Of a stretch of DNA of 64,000 bases, positions 53,496 to 64,000 are shown piece after piece. The DNA comes from Cetobacterium sp. (GTDB lineage Bacteria; Fusobacteriota; Fusobacteriia; Fusobacteriales; Fusobacteriaceae): the NCBI RefSeq assembly GCF_051649505.1, contig NZ_JBOFHF010000039.1. One strand, given 5' to 3'. The notes below the pieces were generated by a model that worked only from the letters and a program-made list of their open reading frames with translations, had not been told where the DNA came from and did no database searches. The first letter of the stretch is position 1, and each line of letters begins with the position of its first letter. The position numbers were made by a program, and so were the translations under genes.

Positions 53496-54597
53496 AAAGA
53501 TAATGTTAAGTGCAAATAATGCATTTGTAATTTATAATTTTCGTTATGGATTAATGAAGGCTTTAGAACAAGAAGGGTATGAAATAATAACTTTGGCTGG
53601 AGAAGACTCAGTAGCAGAAGAGATAAAAAATAACGGATGGAAATATATAAATTTAGATATAGATAGAAGAGGTAAAAATATAATAAATGATTTGAAGTTA
53701 TTTTATTCGTATTATAAAATTTATAAAAAAGAGAAACCGGATTATATTCTTCAATTTACAATTAAACCTAATATTTATGGGACTTTAGCTGCTAAAATTT
53801 TAGGAATTTCAGTTATAAATAATGTGACTGGATTAGGTGATGTTTTTAGTAAAGAAAATTTAACGAGTAAAATAGTTAAACTACTTTATAAAGTAGCATT
53901 TAAATTCCCTAAAAAGGTATTTTTTCAAAATGATGATGACTTAGAAATATTTTTAAAAAATAAATTGATTGATAGAAAAATCTGTGGAAGATTACCAGGT
54001 TCTGGAGTAGATATAGAAAAATTTAAACCATTAAAGAAAGAAAATTCAAACGAAAAATTTAAGTTTTTATTTTTAGGAAGAATTAGTGAAACTAAAGGTG
54101 TTAGATTAATAAATGAAGCATCAAAATTACTGAGAGATAAATATCCAAATGTTGAATTTCAGCTTTTAGGAAAAGTTTACACGGAAGAGAGTAGTCATGT
54201 ATCTAAAGAAGAATTAAAAGAATGGGAAAAACATTCAAATATTAAATATCTTGGAACATCAAAAGATGTAAGAAATGAAATTAAAGAATGTGATTGCATA
54301 TTGTTTCCATCGTACTACAGAGAGGGTGTACCTAGAAGTTTAATAGAGGCTGCTGCGATGGCTAAACTCATAATTACGACTAATAATGTAGGATGTAAAG
54401 ATATAGTTCAAGATGGATACAATGGATATTTAGCAGAACCAAAAGACTTAGATTCATTAATAGAAAAAATTGAAAAAGTATTAAGTTTAGGAAAAGAAGA
54501 CATAGAAAAGCTAGGTTTAAATGGAAGAAAGAAAGTTGAAAAGGAGTTTGATGAAAAAATAGTTATCCAAAAATATTTAGAGGTTATTCAAAAATAG
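53485..54597 (+). CDS. GT4 glycosyltransferase (PglA/WbpU-like)
   Basis: FTIKPNIYG, FQN.DD, GSGVD and YREGVPRSLIEA. Confidence 0.88.
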   Translation: MQNKKIMLSANNAFVIYNFRYGLMKALEQEGYEIITLAGEDSVAEEIKNNGWKYINLDIDRRGKNIINDLKLFYSYYKIYKKEKPDYILQFTIKPNIYGTLAAKILGISVINNVTGLGDVFSKENLTSKIVKLLYKVAFKFPKKVFFQNDDDLEIFLKNKLIDRKICGRLPGSGVDIEKFKPLKKENSNEKFKFLFLGRISETKGVRLINEASKLLRDKYPNVEFQLLGKVYTEESSHVSKEELKEWEKHSNIKYLGTSKDVRNEIKECDCILFPSYYREGVPRSLIEAAAMAKLIITTNNVGCKDIVQDGYNGYLAEPKDLDSLIEKIEKVLSLGKEDIEKLGLNGRKKVEKEFDEKIVIQKYLEVIQK

Positions 54598-54606
54598 GAG
54601 GGGAAA

Positions 54607-55641
54607 ATGAAAACATATCTGATAACAGGTGGAGCGGGATTTATTGGCTCTACATTGAGTGAGAGAATATTAAAAGATGGGAATAAAGTTATAGCTTTAG
54701 ATAGTTTTAATGATTTTTACGACTATAAAATAAAATTAAATAATGTTTTAGAAGTTAATAAGAAAGAATATCGATTTGATTCAGAAGATAAGGAAAAAAA
54801 TATAAAAGTGTTAAAAACATTAGTGGATTCAGAAAATTATATTCTTGAATATGTAGATATAAGAGATTTAAAAGGTTTAGAAAGAGTTTTTACAGATAAT
54901 AAGATAGATACAGTTATTCATTTAGCTGGTCTTGGAGGAGTAAGACCTTCGATAGAAGATCCTTTACTTTATGAAGAGGTAAACGTAAGAGGAACTAATA
55001 ATATCTTTGAAGTGATGAGAAGAACAGGGGTTAAAAAGATTTTAGCGGCCTCTTCATCATCTGTTTATGGAAATAACGAAAGTGTTCCTTTTAAAGAAAC
55101 AGATATAGTAGATTTTGCAATCTCTCCATATGCAGCTTCTAAAAAAGCAAATGAGGTATTAGCGCATACATATCATCATCTATTCAATATAGATGTAGTT
55201 ATGTTGAGATTCTTTACTGTATTTGGCCCAAGACAGAGACCAGATTTAGCAATCTATAAGTTTACAAAGCTGATAGATGAAGATAAAAATATACCGTTCT
55301 TTGGTGATGGAAGCACAAGTAGAGACTATACATATGTAGATGATATAGTTAAAGGTGTTATGTTGTTAGCTAATTATGTAGAAAACAATAGCAACGTCTA
55401 TGAAATATCAAACATAGGTGGAAGTGATCCAGTATCTTTAAAAGAGATGGTAGAGATAATAGAAGAAGTTTTAGGTAAAAAAGCTAAGATAAATAGATTA
55501 CCTATGCAACCAGGAGATGTAAATAGAACTTATGCTGATTTAACAAAAATAAAGAATCTTGTTGGATACGAAGCTGATAATACTTTTAAACAAGGAGTAG
55601 AAAAGTTTGTAAAGTGGTATTTTGAAAAAGTTAAAAAATAG
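54607..55641 (+). CDS. UDP-glucuronate 4-epimerase-like SDR
   Basis: ITGGAGFIG, HLAGLGGVRPS, SSSSVYG, YAASK, RFFTVFGP.QRPDLAI and QPGDV. Confidence 0.88.
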   Translation: MKTYLITGGAGFIGSTLSERILKDGNKVIALDSFNDFYDYKIKLNNVLEVNKKEYRFDSEDKEKNIKVLKTLVDSENYILEYVDIRDLKGLERVFTDNKIDTVIHLAGLGGVRPSIEDPLLYEEVNVRGTNNIFEVMRRTGVKKILAASSSSVYGNNESVPFKETDIVDFAISPYAASKKANEVLAHTYHHLFNIDVVMLRFFTVFGPRQRPDLAIYKFTKLIDEDKNIPFFGDGSTSRDYTYVDDIVKGVMLLANYVENNSNVYEISNIGGSDPVSLKEMVEIIEEVLGKKAKINRLPMQPGDVNRTYADLTKIKNLVGYEADNTFKQGVEKFVKWYFEKVKK

Positions 55642-55653
55642 GGGATGAAAACT

Positions 55654-56820
55654 ATGAAAATAGCTATAGCAGGAACAGGATATGTGGGATTATCTAATGC
55701 AATACTATTAGCTCAAAATAATGAAGTAATAGCATTAGATATAATTCCTGAAAAAGTTGAGATGATTAATAATAAAAAATCTCCAATAGTAGACAAAGAA
55801 ATCAGTGAATTTTTAGCAACTAAAGAGTTAAATTTAAAGGCAACAGTAGATAAAGAGTTAGCATATAAAGGTGCAGAGTTTGTAGTAATAGCAACACCTA
55901 CAGATTATGATCCTGAGAAAAATTATTTTAATACAAGTAGTGTCGAAGCTGTAATAAAAGATGTTAGCAGTATTAATCCAAAAGCTACGATGGTAATAAA
56001 ATCTACAGTACCAGTTGGATATACTGATAAAATTAGAAAAGAGTTTGGAATAGATAACGTTATATTCTCACCAGAGTTTTTAAGAGAGGGAAAAGCTCTT
56101 TACGATAATCTTTACCCAAGTAGAATAATAATGGGAGACAAATCAGAAGAAGCTAAAAAATTTGCAAACTTATTATTAGAAGGAGCTATAAAAAAAGATG
56201 TTCAAATGTTATTTATGAATAGTACAGAAGCCGAAGCTGTAAAACTATTTTCAAATACATATTTAGCTTTAAGAGTAGCTTATTTTAATGAATTAGACAC
56301 ATATGCAGAGCTAAGAGGATTAAATACTAAAGATATAATAGAGGGAGTAGGGCTTGATCCAAGAATAGGAGCACACTACAATAATCCTTCATTTGGTTAT
56401 GGTGGATATTGTTTACCAAAAGATACAAAGCAGTTGAGAGCAAACTATTCGGATGTTCCTAATAATTTGATTGAAGCGATAGTAGATTCTAATAGCACTA
56501 GAAAAGATCATATAGCAGATAGTATCATAAGAAGAAATCCAAAGATAGTTGGAGTATATAGACTTACGATGAAAACTGATTCAGATAATTTCAGAGCTTC
56601 ATCTATTCAAGGTGTTATGAAAAGAATTAAAGCTAAAGGAATAGAAGTTGTAGTGTATGAGCCAGTTTTAAAAGATGAGACATTCTTTAATTCGAGAGTT
56701 ATAAAAGATTTTGAAGAGTTTAAATCAATAAGTGATGTTATTGTAAGTAATAGATTATCAGAAGAACTCTTAGATGTAGAAAATAAAGTTTATACGAGGG
56801 ATTTATATGGAAGAGATTAA
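55654..56820 (+). CDS. ugd: UDP-glucose 6-dehydrogenase
   Basis: [28 protein letters not shown] and [13 protein letters not shown] 55645 is an alternative start. Confidence 0.95.
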   Translation: MKIAIAGTGYVGLSNAILLAQNNEVIALDIIPEKVEMINNKKSPIVDKEISEFLATKELNLKATVDKELAYKGAEFVVIATPTDYDPEKNYFNTSSVEAVIKDVSSINPKATMVIKSTVPVGYTDKIRKEFGIDNVIFSPEFLREGKALYDNLYPSRIIMGDKSEEAKKFANLLLEGAIKKDVQMLFMNSTEAEAVKLFSNTYLALRVAYFNELDTYAELRGLNTKDIIEGVGLDPRIGAHYNNPSFGYGGYCLPKDTKQLRANYSDVPNNLIEAIVDSNSTRKDHIADSIIRRNPKIVGVYRLTMKTDSDNFRASSIQGVMKRIKAKGIEVVVYEPVLKDETFFNSRVIKDFEEFKSISDVIVSNRLSEELLDVENKVYTRDLYGRD

Positions 56821-57847
56821 AATCCTGGCATTGACAAATTATTATGAAGAAGGTCCAAGTTCAAGATATCGAAGTTTTAATTATGAAAAATATTTTTTGT
56901 TAAATGGAATAAAAATAGAATATTTCCCCTTATTTTTTGATGGCTATGTAAAAAGATTGTACTCAAAAGAAAAAGTAAATACTTTCTATAAAATTTATTG
57001 TATTTTAAAAAGAATAGTTTATATTTTGCATAATAAAAAAAAATATAATCATATTATAATAGAGACGGAATTGATAAAATATGCACCTTTATTTTTTGAA
57101 AAATTTTTATTAAAAGGAGCCTCTTATAGTTTAGATTATGATGATAATCCAAATTTAATATATAAAAAAAATAAAATTTTTAAAATTCTTTATGGTCAAA
57201 AAATATTAAAATTAGCCAAAAATGCAAGGTTTATAACAGTTGGAAATAAATGGTTTTATAAAGAAATTAAAACAGAAAATATAGTTTATTTACCGACGGT
57301 AATAGATATAGATAAATACTATATCACAGAAAAGAAAAAAAATAATACATTAATTATAGTTTGGATTGGATCTCCTTCTACAGAAAAATATTTAGATATT
57401 ATAAAAACGCCACTAAAAGAGTTATCTTTAAAATATGATTTTGAATTGAAAATAATAGGTAGCGAAAAAAAAATAGAGGGTGTAAATGTAAGAAATATAA
57501 AATGGGAACAAGAAACAGAAATAAAAGAAATTTCAAATTCAGATATAGGTATTATGCCTTTAGAAAATACTTTTTGGGAAAAAGGCAAATGTGGGTTCAA
57601 GTTAATACAATATATGGCTTGTGGATTACCTGTAGTTGCTTCAAATTCACCTGCAAATAAAGAAATAGTAAATGGAAATGGCTTTATTTTAAATGAAGAG
57701 AAAGAATGGACTATTAAGCTAGAAAAGTTATTAATAGATAAAGAGTTGAGGAAAGAAATGGGAAAAGAATCAAGACGTATTATAGAGGAAAAATATACCT
57801 ATCAAGTTTGGGGAAAAAGATATTCACAATTAATTAAAAATTTGTAA
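56807..57847 (+). CDS. GT4 glycosyltransferase
   Basis: GPSSRYR, WIGS and [20 protein letters not shown]. Confidence 0.88.
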   Translation: MEEIKILALTNYYEEGPSSRYRSFNYEKYFLLNGIKIEYFPLFFDGYVKRLYSKEKVNTFYKIYCILKRIVYILHNKKKYNHIIIETELIKYAPLFFEKFLLKGASYSLDYDDNPNLIYKKNKIFKILYGQKILKLAKNARFITVGNKWFYKEIKTENIVYLPTVIDIDKYYITEKKKNNTLIIVWIGSPSTEKYLDIIKTPLKELSLKYDFELKIIGSEKKIEGVNVRNIKWEQETEIKEISNSDIGIMPLENTFWEKGKCGFKLIQYMACGLPVVASNSPANKEIVNGNGFILNEEKEWTIKLEKLLIDKELRKEMGKESRRIIEEKYTYQVWGKRYSQLIKNL

Positions 57848-57910
57848 AAATAAGAAAATTGTTTTATAGGAGGTTAAAAAAACTACATTTAAAAGTAGTT
57901 TAAAAACTAA

Positions 57911-59176
57911 ATGAAAAAAATTCTATTTATAACATATCAATTTCCACCATTTGGTGGTTCTCATTCTACAAGAACATTAAATATAGCGAATGAGTTGAGC
58001 CGTGAGAATGAAGTAATTGTGTTAACAGTTGAAATTACAGAAAAATTACCATTTTATGACTTTGATTTATATAGAAAAGTAAATCAAGAAGTAAAGATAA
58101 AAACAGCTCCAATGGGAATTTTGCATGCAAAAGATTATAATTCTAAAGAAAAAGAGAAAATAAAAGATATAAAATTTATTTTAAAATCTTATTTAAAAAA
58201 AAATAAAAAATCTATTTTAATACCAGACACAGTAATTGATTGGTATCCAAAAGCTTTAAGAGAAGCTCGAAAAATAGTAAAGGAATATAAACCAGATGTA
58301 ATTTTATCGTCTGCAACCCCTTATACCAATCATTTAATAGCTTGGAAAGTAGCTAAAGAAAATAACTTGGAATTATTTTTAGATTATGGAGATCCTTGGG
58401 TTTATGAACAAAGTGTTAAAAGGGGGATAATACGATTTTTATTTGAAAAATATTTAGAGAGAAAAATTTTAAAAAGATCAAGTCATATATTTGTTACAAC
58501 TAAAAACACTAAGAAGTTATATGAAAAAAACTTTCAAATTCAATCAAGTAAAATCTCAGTAGCTTATATGGGATTCGAGCCTAGAGATTTTATGAAAATA
58601 TTAGATAATTCAAAAAATGAAAAGTTAGAATTTATTTATGGTGGAAGCTTAAATCCAATACATAGAAATCCGATTATATTTTTTAAAGCTATTTCTAAAC
58701 TATCGGAAGAGATTAAAAATAAAATTTCAATTGAAATATATACAGGAGATGAAGCTTTATATAGTGATTTAGTTAAAGGATTGGGAATAGATAATGTGGT
58801 AAAATTTAATGAATTAATTTCACATGATAAATTTATGGACATGTTACAAAAAAAAAATATATTAATTCTTTTTGGAAATTCGGATAACCTTCAAATCCCT
58901 GGTAAAATTTTCAATTATATTGGAAGTTTAACAAATATATTTTTAATAAACAATCAAGAAAAAATTCAAGAGGATGAAACAAATGATATTATATCAGAAT
59001 TTGAAAATAATTTTATTGTAAAAAATGAGTTAAATCAAATAAAAAGAAAGTTAGAAGAAATATATCATCTTTGGGAAAAAAATAATTTGAAAAAAAACCT
59101 AAAAGAAGATACACAAAAATATTCGTGGAAGGAAAGTCTTCAAAGTATAGGAAAAGTGATTAATAAAAATGCTTAG
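57911..59176 (+). CDS. GT-B fold glycosyltransferase
   Basis: YQFPPFGG, DYGDPW, YGGSL and QIPGKIFNYIG. Confidence 0.8.
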   Translation: MKKILFITYQFPPFGGSHSTRTLNIANELSRENEVIVLTVEITEKLPFYDFDLYRKVNQEVKIKTAPMGILHAKDYNSKEKEKIKDIKFILKSYLKKNKKSILIPDTVIDWYPKALREARKIVKEYKPDVILSSATPYTNHLIAWKVAKENNLELFLDYGDPWVYEQSVKRGIIRFLFEKYLERKILKRSSHIFVTTKNTKKLYEKNFQIQSSKISVAYMGFEPRDFMKILDNSKNEKLEFIYGGSLNPIHRNPIIFFKAISKLSEEIKNKISIEIYTGDEALYSDLVKGLGIDNVVKFNELISHDKFMDMLQKKNILILFGNSDNLQIPGKIFNYIGSLTNIFLINNQEKIQEDETNDIISEFENNFIVKNELNQIKRKLEEIYHLWEKNNLKKNLKEDTQKYSWKESLQSIGKVINKNA

Positions 59177-60347
59177 TTATTTAGTTTTTTTTTATACATG
59201 CTTTCTTTTTAGTTGTCTTGAAAAGATTAAAGAAAAGTATTTATTAAAAATATTTTTATTTATATTTTATATAATAATTTTTGGATTTAGAAATAAAATA
59301 GGTGTAGATTGGTATAATTATGAATATTTTTATACATATTTTAATGGTTTTACGTATCTTAAAGAATTTGATATTAAGATGTTTATATTTAGCTTTCCAA
59401 ATATGGATATTGGATTTAAAATTATTAGTTTATTTTTATTTGGAAACTCAGAGTTTAAATTACTTTTTATAAATATATTACTAAGTATTTTTATTTGTTT
59501 AAGTTTAAATAGATTTATAAAAAAGGATGAGGTTTTAAAAAAATATTATTTCTCCTATATAACTTTTTTTATGGTTTTTTATTTTTTTATAGATGTAGAT
59601 ATAATTCGACAAAGTATAGTCTTTTATAGCTTTTTATATACATTTGATATTTTATTTGAAAATAAAGTAAAGTTTTTAAAAATTAATTTTTTAGTTGGAG
59701 CAGTTCATATAGTGACATCCTATTTGAATTTATTTTTTATAATTATACTAAAAAAAATAAAGGTAACAAGGATAAGGATAATTTTTATAACGATTAATTA
59801 TATAGCATTTAAGACTTTAAATTTGAGTACATATATAAATAAGTTTTTAATTATATGTATTGAAAGAGTAAATTTTCATAATATAAAAAAAATAAAGAAT
59901 TATTTAAATATTGAATCTCAAAATAATATAAACTTTTCTTTTATATTAAATGTATTTATTTTACTATGTCTAGTTTATTATTACAAAAAAGTATTTAAAA
60001 AAAATACAAGAGAAGAGTATGTTTTAAAAATGTTTTTATGGATGATTATATTAGAAAGTATATTAGCAAATTATCAAGTAGCGGTTAATAGATTTAATTA
60101 TTACTATAGATTTACAATACCATATCTAATTATTTATATGATAGATAAGATTATTAAAAAAAAATTAAAAATAATATTTATAATAATAATCACGTGGATA
60201 TATTTAACACTAAGAATGTTAATTTTTTTTAGTGATTTAAATAATAGAAAAGTTTATTTGCCATATTCAAACTATTTATTTAAAACAGATGAAAATGATA
60301 ATCAACTTAGAGAAAAAAGAATTAAAATTGAAAATAAAGAGTTATAA
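59169..60347 (+). CDS. wzy: EpsG-family Wzy polymerase
   Basis: Multi-TM, very AT-rich gene with FGFRNKIGVDWYNY, IIRQSI, RFNYY and PY.N motifs. Confidence 0.8.
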   Translation: MLSYLVFFYTCFLFSCLEKIKEKYLLKIFLFIFYIIIFGFRNKIGVDWYNYEYFYTYFNGFTYLKEFDIKMFIFSFPNMDIGFKIISLFLFGNSEFKLLFINILLSIFICLSLNRFIKKDEVLKKYYFSYITFFMVFYFFIDVDIIRQSIVFYSFLYTFDILFENKVKFLKINFLVGAVHIVTSYLNLFFIIILKKIKVTRIRIIFITINYIAFKTLNLSTYINKFLIICIERVNFHNIKKIKNYLNIESQNNINFSFILNVFILLCLVYYYKKVFKKNTREEYVLKMFLWMIILESILANYQVAVNRFNYYYRFTIPYLIIYMIDKIIKKKLKIIFIIIITWIYLTLRMLIFFSDLNNRKVYLPYSNYLFKTDENDNQLREKRIKIENKEL

Positions 60348-60377
60348 AATGATTTGTTAGGAGGAATGTGGTTTAAG

Positions 60378-61469
60378 ATGAAAGTAGGATTAATTTTTGG
60401 AACTAGACCAGAAGCAATAAAGATGGCGCCGGTATATCATGTTTTAAAGAACAATGATATTGATGTCAAAGTTATTTCAACGGGACAGCATAAAGAAATG
60501 TTGTATCAAGTGTTAGATTTATTTGAAATAAAGCCAGATTATGAATTGAGTATAATGAAAGAGGGTCAAGGATTATCAGAATTAACTAGTAGATTGATTA
60601 AAAAAGTTGAAGAAGTTATAAAAGAAGAAAAGTTAGATTTTATATTAGTTCAAGGAGATACTACATCAGCTTTTGTAGGAGCACTTGTAGGATTTTATAA
60701 TAAGATACCTGTAGGTCATATAGAAGCTGGACTTAGAACAGGAGATATTTACTCTCCATTTCCAGAAGAAGCTAATAGAAAATTGATAGGAAATATAGCA
60801 AAAGTTCATTTTGCTCCGACTGATATAAATGTTAATAATTTACTAGCTGAAGGATATAAAAATGATAATATTTTAAAAGTTGGAAATACAGTTATTGATG
60901 CCCTTTATTGGGTAAAACAAAATAAAAGTGCTGATTTAGATTCTATAAGAGAAAAGTATGATTTAACAAACAAAAAATATATACTTATGACAATGCATAG
61001 AAGAGAAAATTGGGGTGAGCCAATGAGAGTTGCATTAAAAGGGGTAAGAAAATATTTAGAAGAAAATAAAGAGTTATATTTAGTTTTTCCAATGCATATG
61101 AATCCATTAGTAAGAGAAGTGATAAGAGAAGAGTTAGAAGGATTTGATAGAAAAATTCTTATAGATCCATTAGAGTACTTGGAATTTATAAGTGTTATGG
61201 ATGGAGCACATTATATAATGACAGATTCTGGTGGAGTTCAAGAGGAAGCTCCAAGTTTAGGAAAACCTACTTTAGTATTAAGAGATACAACAGAAAGACC
61301 TGAAGCTATAGAGGCAGGAACAGCTAAATTAATAGGAACATCTTCGGAAGAAGTTTATAAATATATGAAGTTATTAGAAGGTGAGTTATACTTTGAAATG
61401 TCAAAAGCTAATAATCCTTATGGAGATGGAAAGACTTCAGAAAAAATATTAGAATATTTAAAAAAATAA
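60378..61469 (+). CDS. wecB: UDP-N-acetylglucosamine 2-epimerase (non-hydrolysing)
   Basis: FGTRPEAIK, TGQH, VQGDT, HIEAGLRT, PFPEEANR, HRRENWG and DSGGVQEEAP. Confidence 0.95.
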   Translation: MKVGLIFGTRPEAIKMAPVYHVLKNNDIDVKVISTGQHKEMLYQVLDLFEIKPDYELSIMKEGQGLSELTSRLIKKVEEVIKEEKLDFILVQGDTTSAFVGALVGFYNKIPVGHIEAGLRTGDIYSPFPEEANRKLIGNIAKVHFAPTDINVNNLLAEGYKNDNILKVGNTVIDALYWVKQNKSADLDSIREKYDLTNKKYILMTMHRRENWGEPMRVALKGVRKYLEENKELYLVFPMHMNPLVREVIREELEGFDRKILIDPLEYLEFISVMDGAHYIMTDSGGVQEEAPSLGKPTLVLRDTTERPEAIEAGTAKLIGTSSEEVYKYMKLLEGELYFEMSKANNPYGDGKTSEKILEYLKK

Positions 61470-61479
61470 AGGAGTTTCA

Positions 61480-62748
61480 ATGAAAAATAGTTTGAATATA
61501 GCATTTGTTACTCCTAGAATATCTGGGATTGGTGGAGCAGAAAAATATGTTTGTGAAAAAATATTATGGTTAAAAAAAAATGGTTTTAATTGTATTGTTA
61601 TAGCAGGGAATCATACAGATTCTGAGTCACCATATTTAGAAAAGCTAAGGAAAGAAGGAGTAAAGTATTATAATCTTTCATGGATTAATGATCCCTCTTT
61701 TCTATTAAATAAAAAGTCTTTAGAAATAAAAATTAAAGAACTTAATTTAATTATAAAACAAAATAAAATTGATTTGATAGAAACTAATCAAATAGTTTGT
61801 GGAATATATGTATATAATTTATCTGTAAAATACAAAATTCCAGTTTTATTAAACGTATTGTCAGAGTTAGGATTTGGAAAAAAAACTAATTATATAGAGT
61901 TATTAAAGAGGTTTAATGAAAATGGTTTGTATTATAATCTAGGAAGTAATTCAAATAAATATATTGAAGATGAAACTAAAGAGAAGTTAAAAAATTGTAA
62001 AAATATACCCATTCCCATAAGTTGGAATCATAACTTAAAAATAACTGATGAAAATTTTATTTTATCTATAGCTAGATTTGACGGTGGAAAAGAATATTTA
62101 TTTTCCTTAATTGAAGATTTTAGAAAAATAAAGTTATTGAATAGAAAAGATATACCTAAAGAATTAATCATTGTTGGAGATGGGCCATATCGAGAAAGGA
62201 TTGAAAAAAGAGTTAACGAGATAAATAAAGAATTTGGAGAGATAAGTATAATTTTGAAGGGTTTTTTAACAGGAATAGAACTTGAAAAATTATATTCGCA
62301 ATGTAGTTTATATATAGGAATGGGAACAACACTACTAACAGCAGCGGCTTACCAAAAACCATGTATTATAGCTACAATTGATAAAGATAATAATTATAGT
62401 TCAATTGGTTATTTTAAAAAAGAAGAGGATGGGGGATATAGTTTTGGTCAACCGTTAGAAAAATCCAAATTTGAAAGTTATGATTACTATATATTAAAAC
62501 TATATGAAGATAATAAAATAAAGAGTAGTGTAATTTTAAAAAGTTATAATTTTATTTTAGAAGATTTCTCATTAGAAAGTGTTATGAAAAAATGGCAAAA
62601 TGAATATAGTCAGGTAGTTAAAAAATTTAATTTTTTTGAAAATAAATATTATATTCCTAGATATAAATGGGATTTATATTTAAAGATATATTTAAAAAAA
62701 TATAAGATTATCAAAAGACTTATTGAAGTAATTAAAAATAAAGGGTGA
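61480..62748 (+). CDS. GT4-like glycosyltransferase
   Basis: GGAEKYV, SIARFDGGK, IVGDGP and GMGTTLLTAA. Confidence 0.8.
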   Translation: MKNSLNIAFVTPRISGIGGAEKYVCEKILWLKKNGFNCIVIAGNHTDSESPYLEKLRKEGVKYYNLSWINDPSFLLNKKSLEIKIKELNLIIKQNKIDLIETNQIVCGIYVYNLSVKYKIPVLLNVLSELGFGKKTNYIELLKRFNENGLYYNLGSNSNKYIEDETKEKLKNCKNIPIPISWNHNLKITDENFILSIARFDGGKEYLFSLIEDFRKIKLLNRKDIPKELIIVGDGPYRERIEKRVNEINKEFGEISIILKGFLTGIELEKLYSQCSLYIGMGTTLLTAAAYQKPCIIATIDKDNNYSSIGYFKKEEDGGYSFGQPLEKSKFESYDYYILKLYEDNKIKSSVILKSYNFILEDFSLESVMKKWQNEYSQVVKKFNFFENKYYIPRYKWDLYLKIYLKKYKIIKRLIEVIKNKG

Positions 62749-62752
62749 TTTG

Positions 62753-63151
62753 ATGAAAAAATACGAATTACTTTCTTTTCCACAATTAGGTGATGATAGA
62801 GGTCACCTTGTTGTTGTTGAAGGAATGAAGAATATACCGTTTGAAATAAAAAGAATGTTTTATATTTATGGAACAAAAGATAATGTTGTTAGAGGCCAAC
62901 ATGCAAATAGAAAATCAGAATTTGTCTTAATAAATTTAGCAGGAACTTGTAAAATAAAAGTTGATGATGGAAAAAATGATGAGATTATAATTTTAGATAA
63001 ACCTCACGAGGGAATTTATTTAGATAAAATGGTATGGAAAGATATGTATGATTTTTCTAAAGATTCAATACTATTAGTTTTATCAAATCATTCTTATGAT
63101 TCAGAAGAATATGTAAGAGATTATGAAGAATTTAAAAAAGAGATGAAATAG
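62753..63151 (+). CDS. dTDP-4-keto-6-deoxyglucose 3,4-ketoisomerase (FdtA/QdtA cupin)
   Basis: DDRGHL, PFEIKRMFYIY, RGQHAN and Y..EEYVRDYEEF. Confidence 0.9.
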   Translation: MKKYELLSFPQLGDDRGHLVVVEGMKNIPFEIKRMFYIYGTKDNVVRGQHANRKSEFVLINLAGTCKIKVDDGKNDEIIILDKPHEGIYLDKMVWKDMYDFSKDSILLVLSNHSYDSEEYVRDYEEFKKEMK

Positions 63152-63162
63152 GGGGAAATTAT

Positions 63163-64000
63163 ATGAAGGTACCATTCAATTTATTAAGTAAAACTTATTT
63201 TATGAAACAAGAAGAGTATGAGCAAAAAGCTCTTGAAGTTCTGAGAAATGGTTGGTATGTATTAGGAAATGAAGTTAAAGAGTTTGAAAAAGAGTTTAGT
63301 AATTATATAGGAAGTAAATATTCTATAGGTTTAGATAATGGACTTAATGCTTTAGTAATAGCTTTTAGACAACTTGGAATAGGAGCTGGAGACGAAGTAA
63401 TTGTTCAGGCTAATACTTATATTGCTTCTGTAATGGGAATAACAATGAATGGAGCAACTCCAGTTTTTGTAGAACCAGATCAATATTTTAATATAGATGC
63501 GGATAAAATAGAAGCAGCAATAACAGATAAAACAAAAGCTATTTGTGTAGTTCATCTTTATGGTCAAGCTTCAAATATGGATAAAATAATGGAACTATCT
63601 AAAAAATATAATTTAGAAATAGTTGAAGATTGTGCACAGTCTCATGGAGCAGATTTTAATGGTAAGAGAACAGGAACATTTGGAATTGGTTGTTTCTCGT
63701 TTTATCCAAGTAAAAATCTAGGATGTTTTGGAGATGGTGGAGCAATAACAACAAATTGTGAAAAATTTGATAGAGATTTTAGAGTTTTAAGAAACTATGG
63801 AAGTGAAAAAAGATACTATAATGAAGTTGTAGGTTATAATTCTAGACTTGATGAGCTACAGGCAGGACTACTGAGAGTGAAACTATCTCATTTAGATGAG
63901 TTAACAGAAGAAAGAGAGAAGATAGCGAAAAGATATTTATCAGAGATAAAAAATCCTAAGATAGAGTTACCTTTAGTAAGAGAAGGAGCTACTTCAGTTT
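63163..64000 (+). CDS. DegT/DnrJ/StrS aminotransferase (FdtB/QdtB-like), 3'-partial; not in the ORF track
   Basis: Read from ATG 63163: MKVPFNLL...GWYVLGNEVKEFE...DNGLNAL...VHLYGQ...EDCAQSHG...SFYPSKNLGCFGDGG...RNYGS...NSRLDELQA; no stop before the window end. Confidence 0.92.
   Translation, partial: MKVPFNLLSKTYFMKQEEYEQKALEVLRNGWYVLGNEVKEFEKEFSNYIGSKYSIGLDNGLNALVIAFRQLGIGAGDEVIVQANTYIASVMGITMNGATPVFVEPDQYFNIDADKIEAAITDKTKAICVVHLYGQASNMDKIMELSKKYNLEIVEDCAQSHGADFNGKRTGTFGIGCFSFYPSKNLGCFGDGGAITTNCEKFDRDFRVLRNYGSEKRYYNEVVGYNSRLDELQAGLLRVKLSHLDELTEEREKIAKRYLSEIKNPKIELPLVREGATSV

Noticed and set aside
450-63567. Many short ORFs in the six-frame track lying antisense to or inside long genes (e.g. 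450-704, 10761-11093, 12467-12796, 16498-16848, 44232-44567, 63352-63567)
   Set aside because: They are shadows of well-supported genes on the other strand or frame, with no motifs or RBS.
1-64000. rRNA, tRNA, CRISPR arrays, IS/transposase, integrase or prophage genes
   Set aside because: None was recognised by eye; tRNAscan-SE, Infernal and ISEScan would be needed to exclude degenerate copies.

Overview
AT-rich bacterial chromosome segment. Gene content, LPS genes and outer-membrane proteins point to a Fusobacteriota anaerobe, possibly Cetobacterium (inference). Left to right: end of a uronate/rhamnose-type catabolic operon (GH88/105 hydrolase, Fe-alcohol dehydrogenase); a UbiB/ABC1 kinase; an iron-sulfur flavoprotein; a PLD-helicase-DUF3427 (SauUSI-like type IV restriction) gene coupled to a NUDIX gene; nhaC-argH behind an unassigned riboswitch-like leader; YfcC and NSS transporters; an 1887-aa repeat-rich outer-membrane protein; a branched-chain amino-acid oxidation operon (Leu dehydrogenase, ptb, four-subunit 2-oxoacid:ferredoxin oxidoreductase, buk); an accessory stretch (candidate type I toxin-antitoxin locus, OMP, Fic, UvsE, a direct-repeat-flanked LacI/ABC/GH32/porin island, a RelE-type type II TA pair, an OMP with a probable ATT start, a GGDEF protein); an LPS core cluster with WaaL; and a Wzy-dependent O-antigen/capsule cluster running off the right edge. 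The most striking unannotated signal is at 25958-26235. A promoter-bearing ~75-nt RNA sits in tandem, on the same strand, upstream of a 19-codon hydrophobic Ibs-like ORF. It is complementary to the toxin mRNA at three places: next to the start codon, in the early coding region and in the terminator loop. No rRNA, tRNA, CRISPR array or transposase was recognised.
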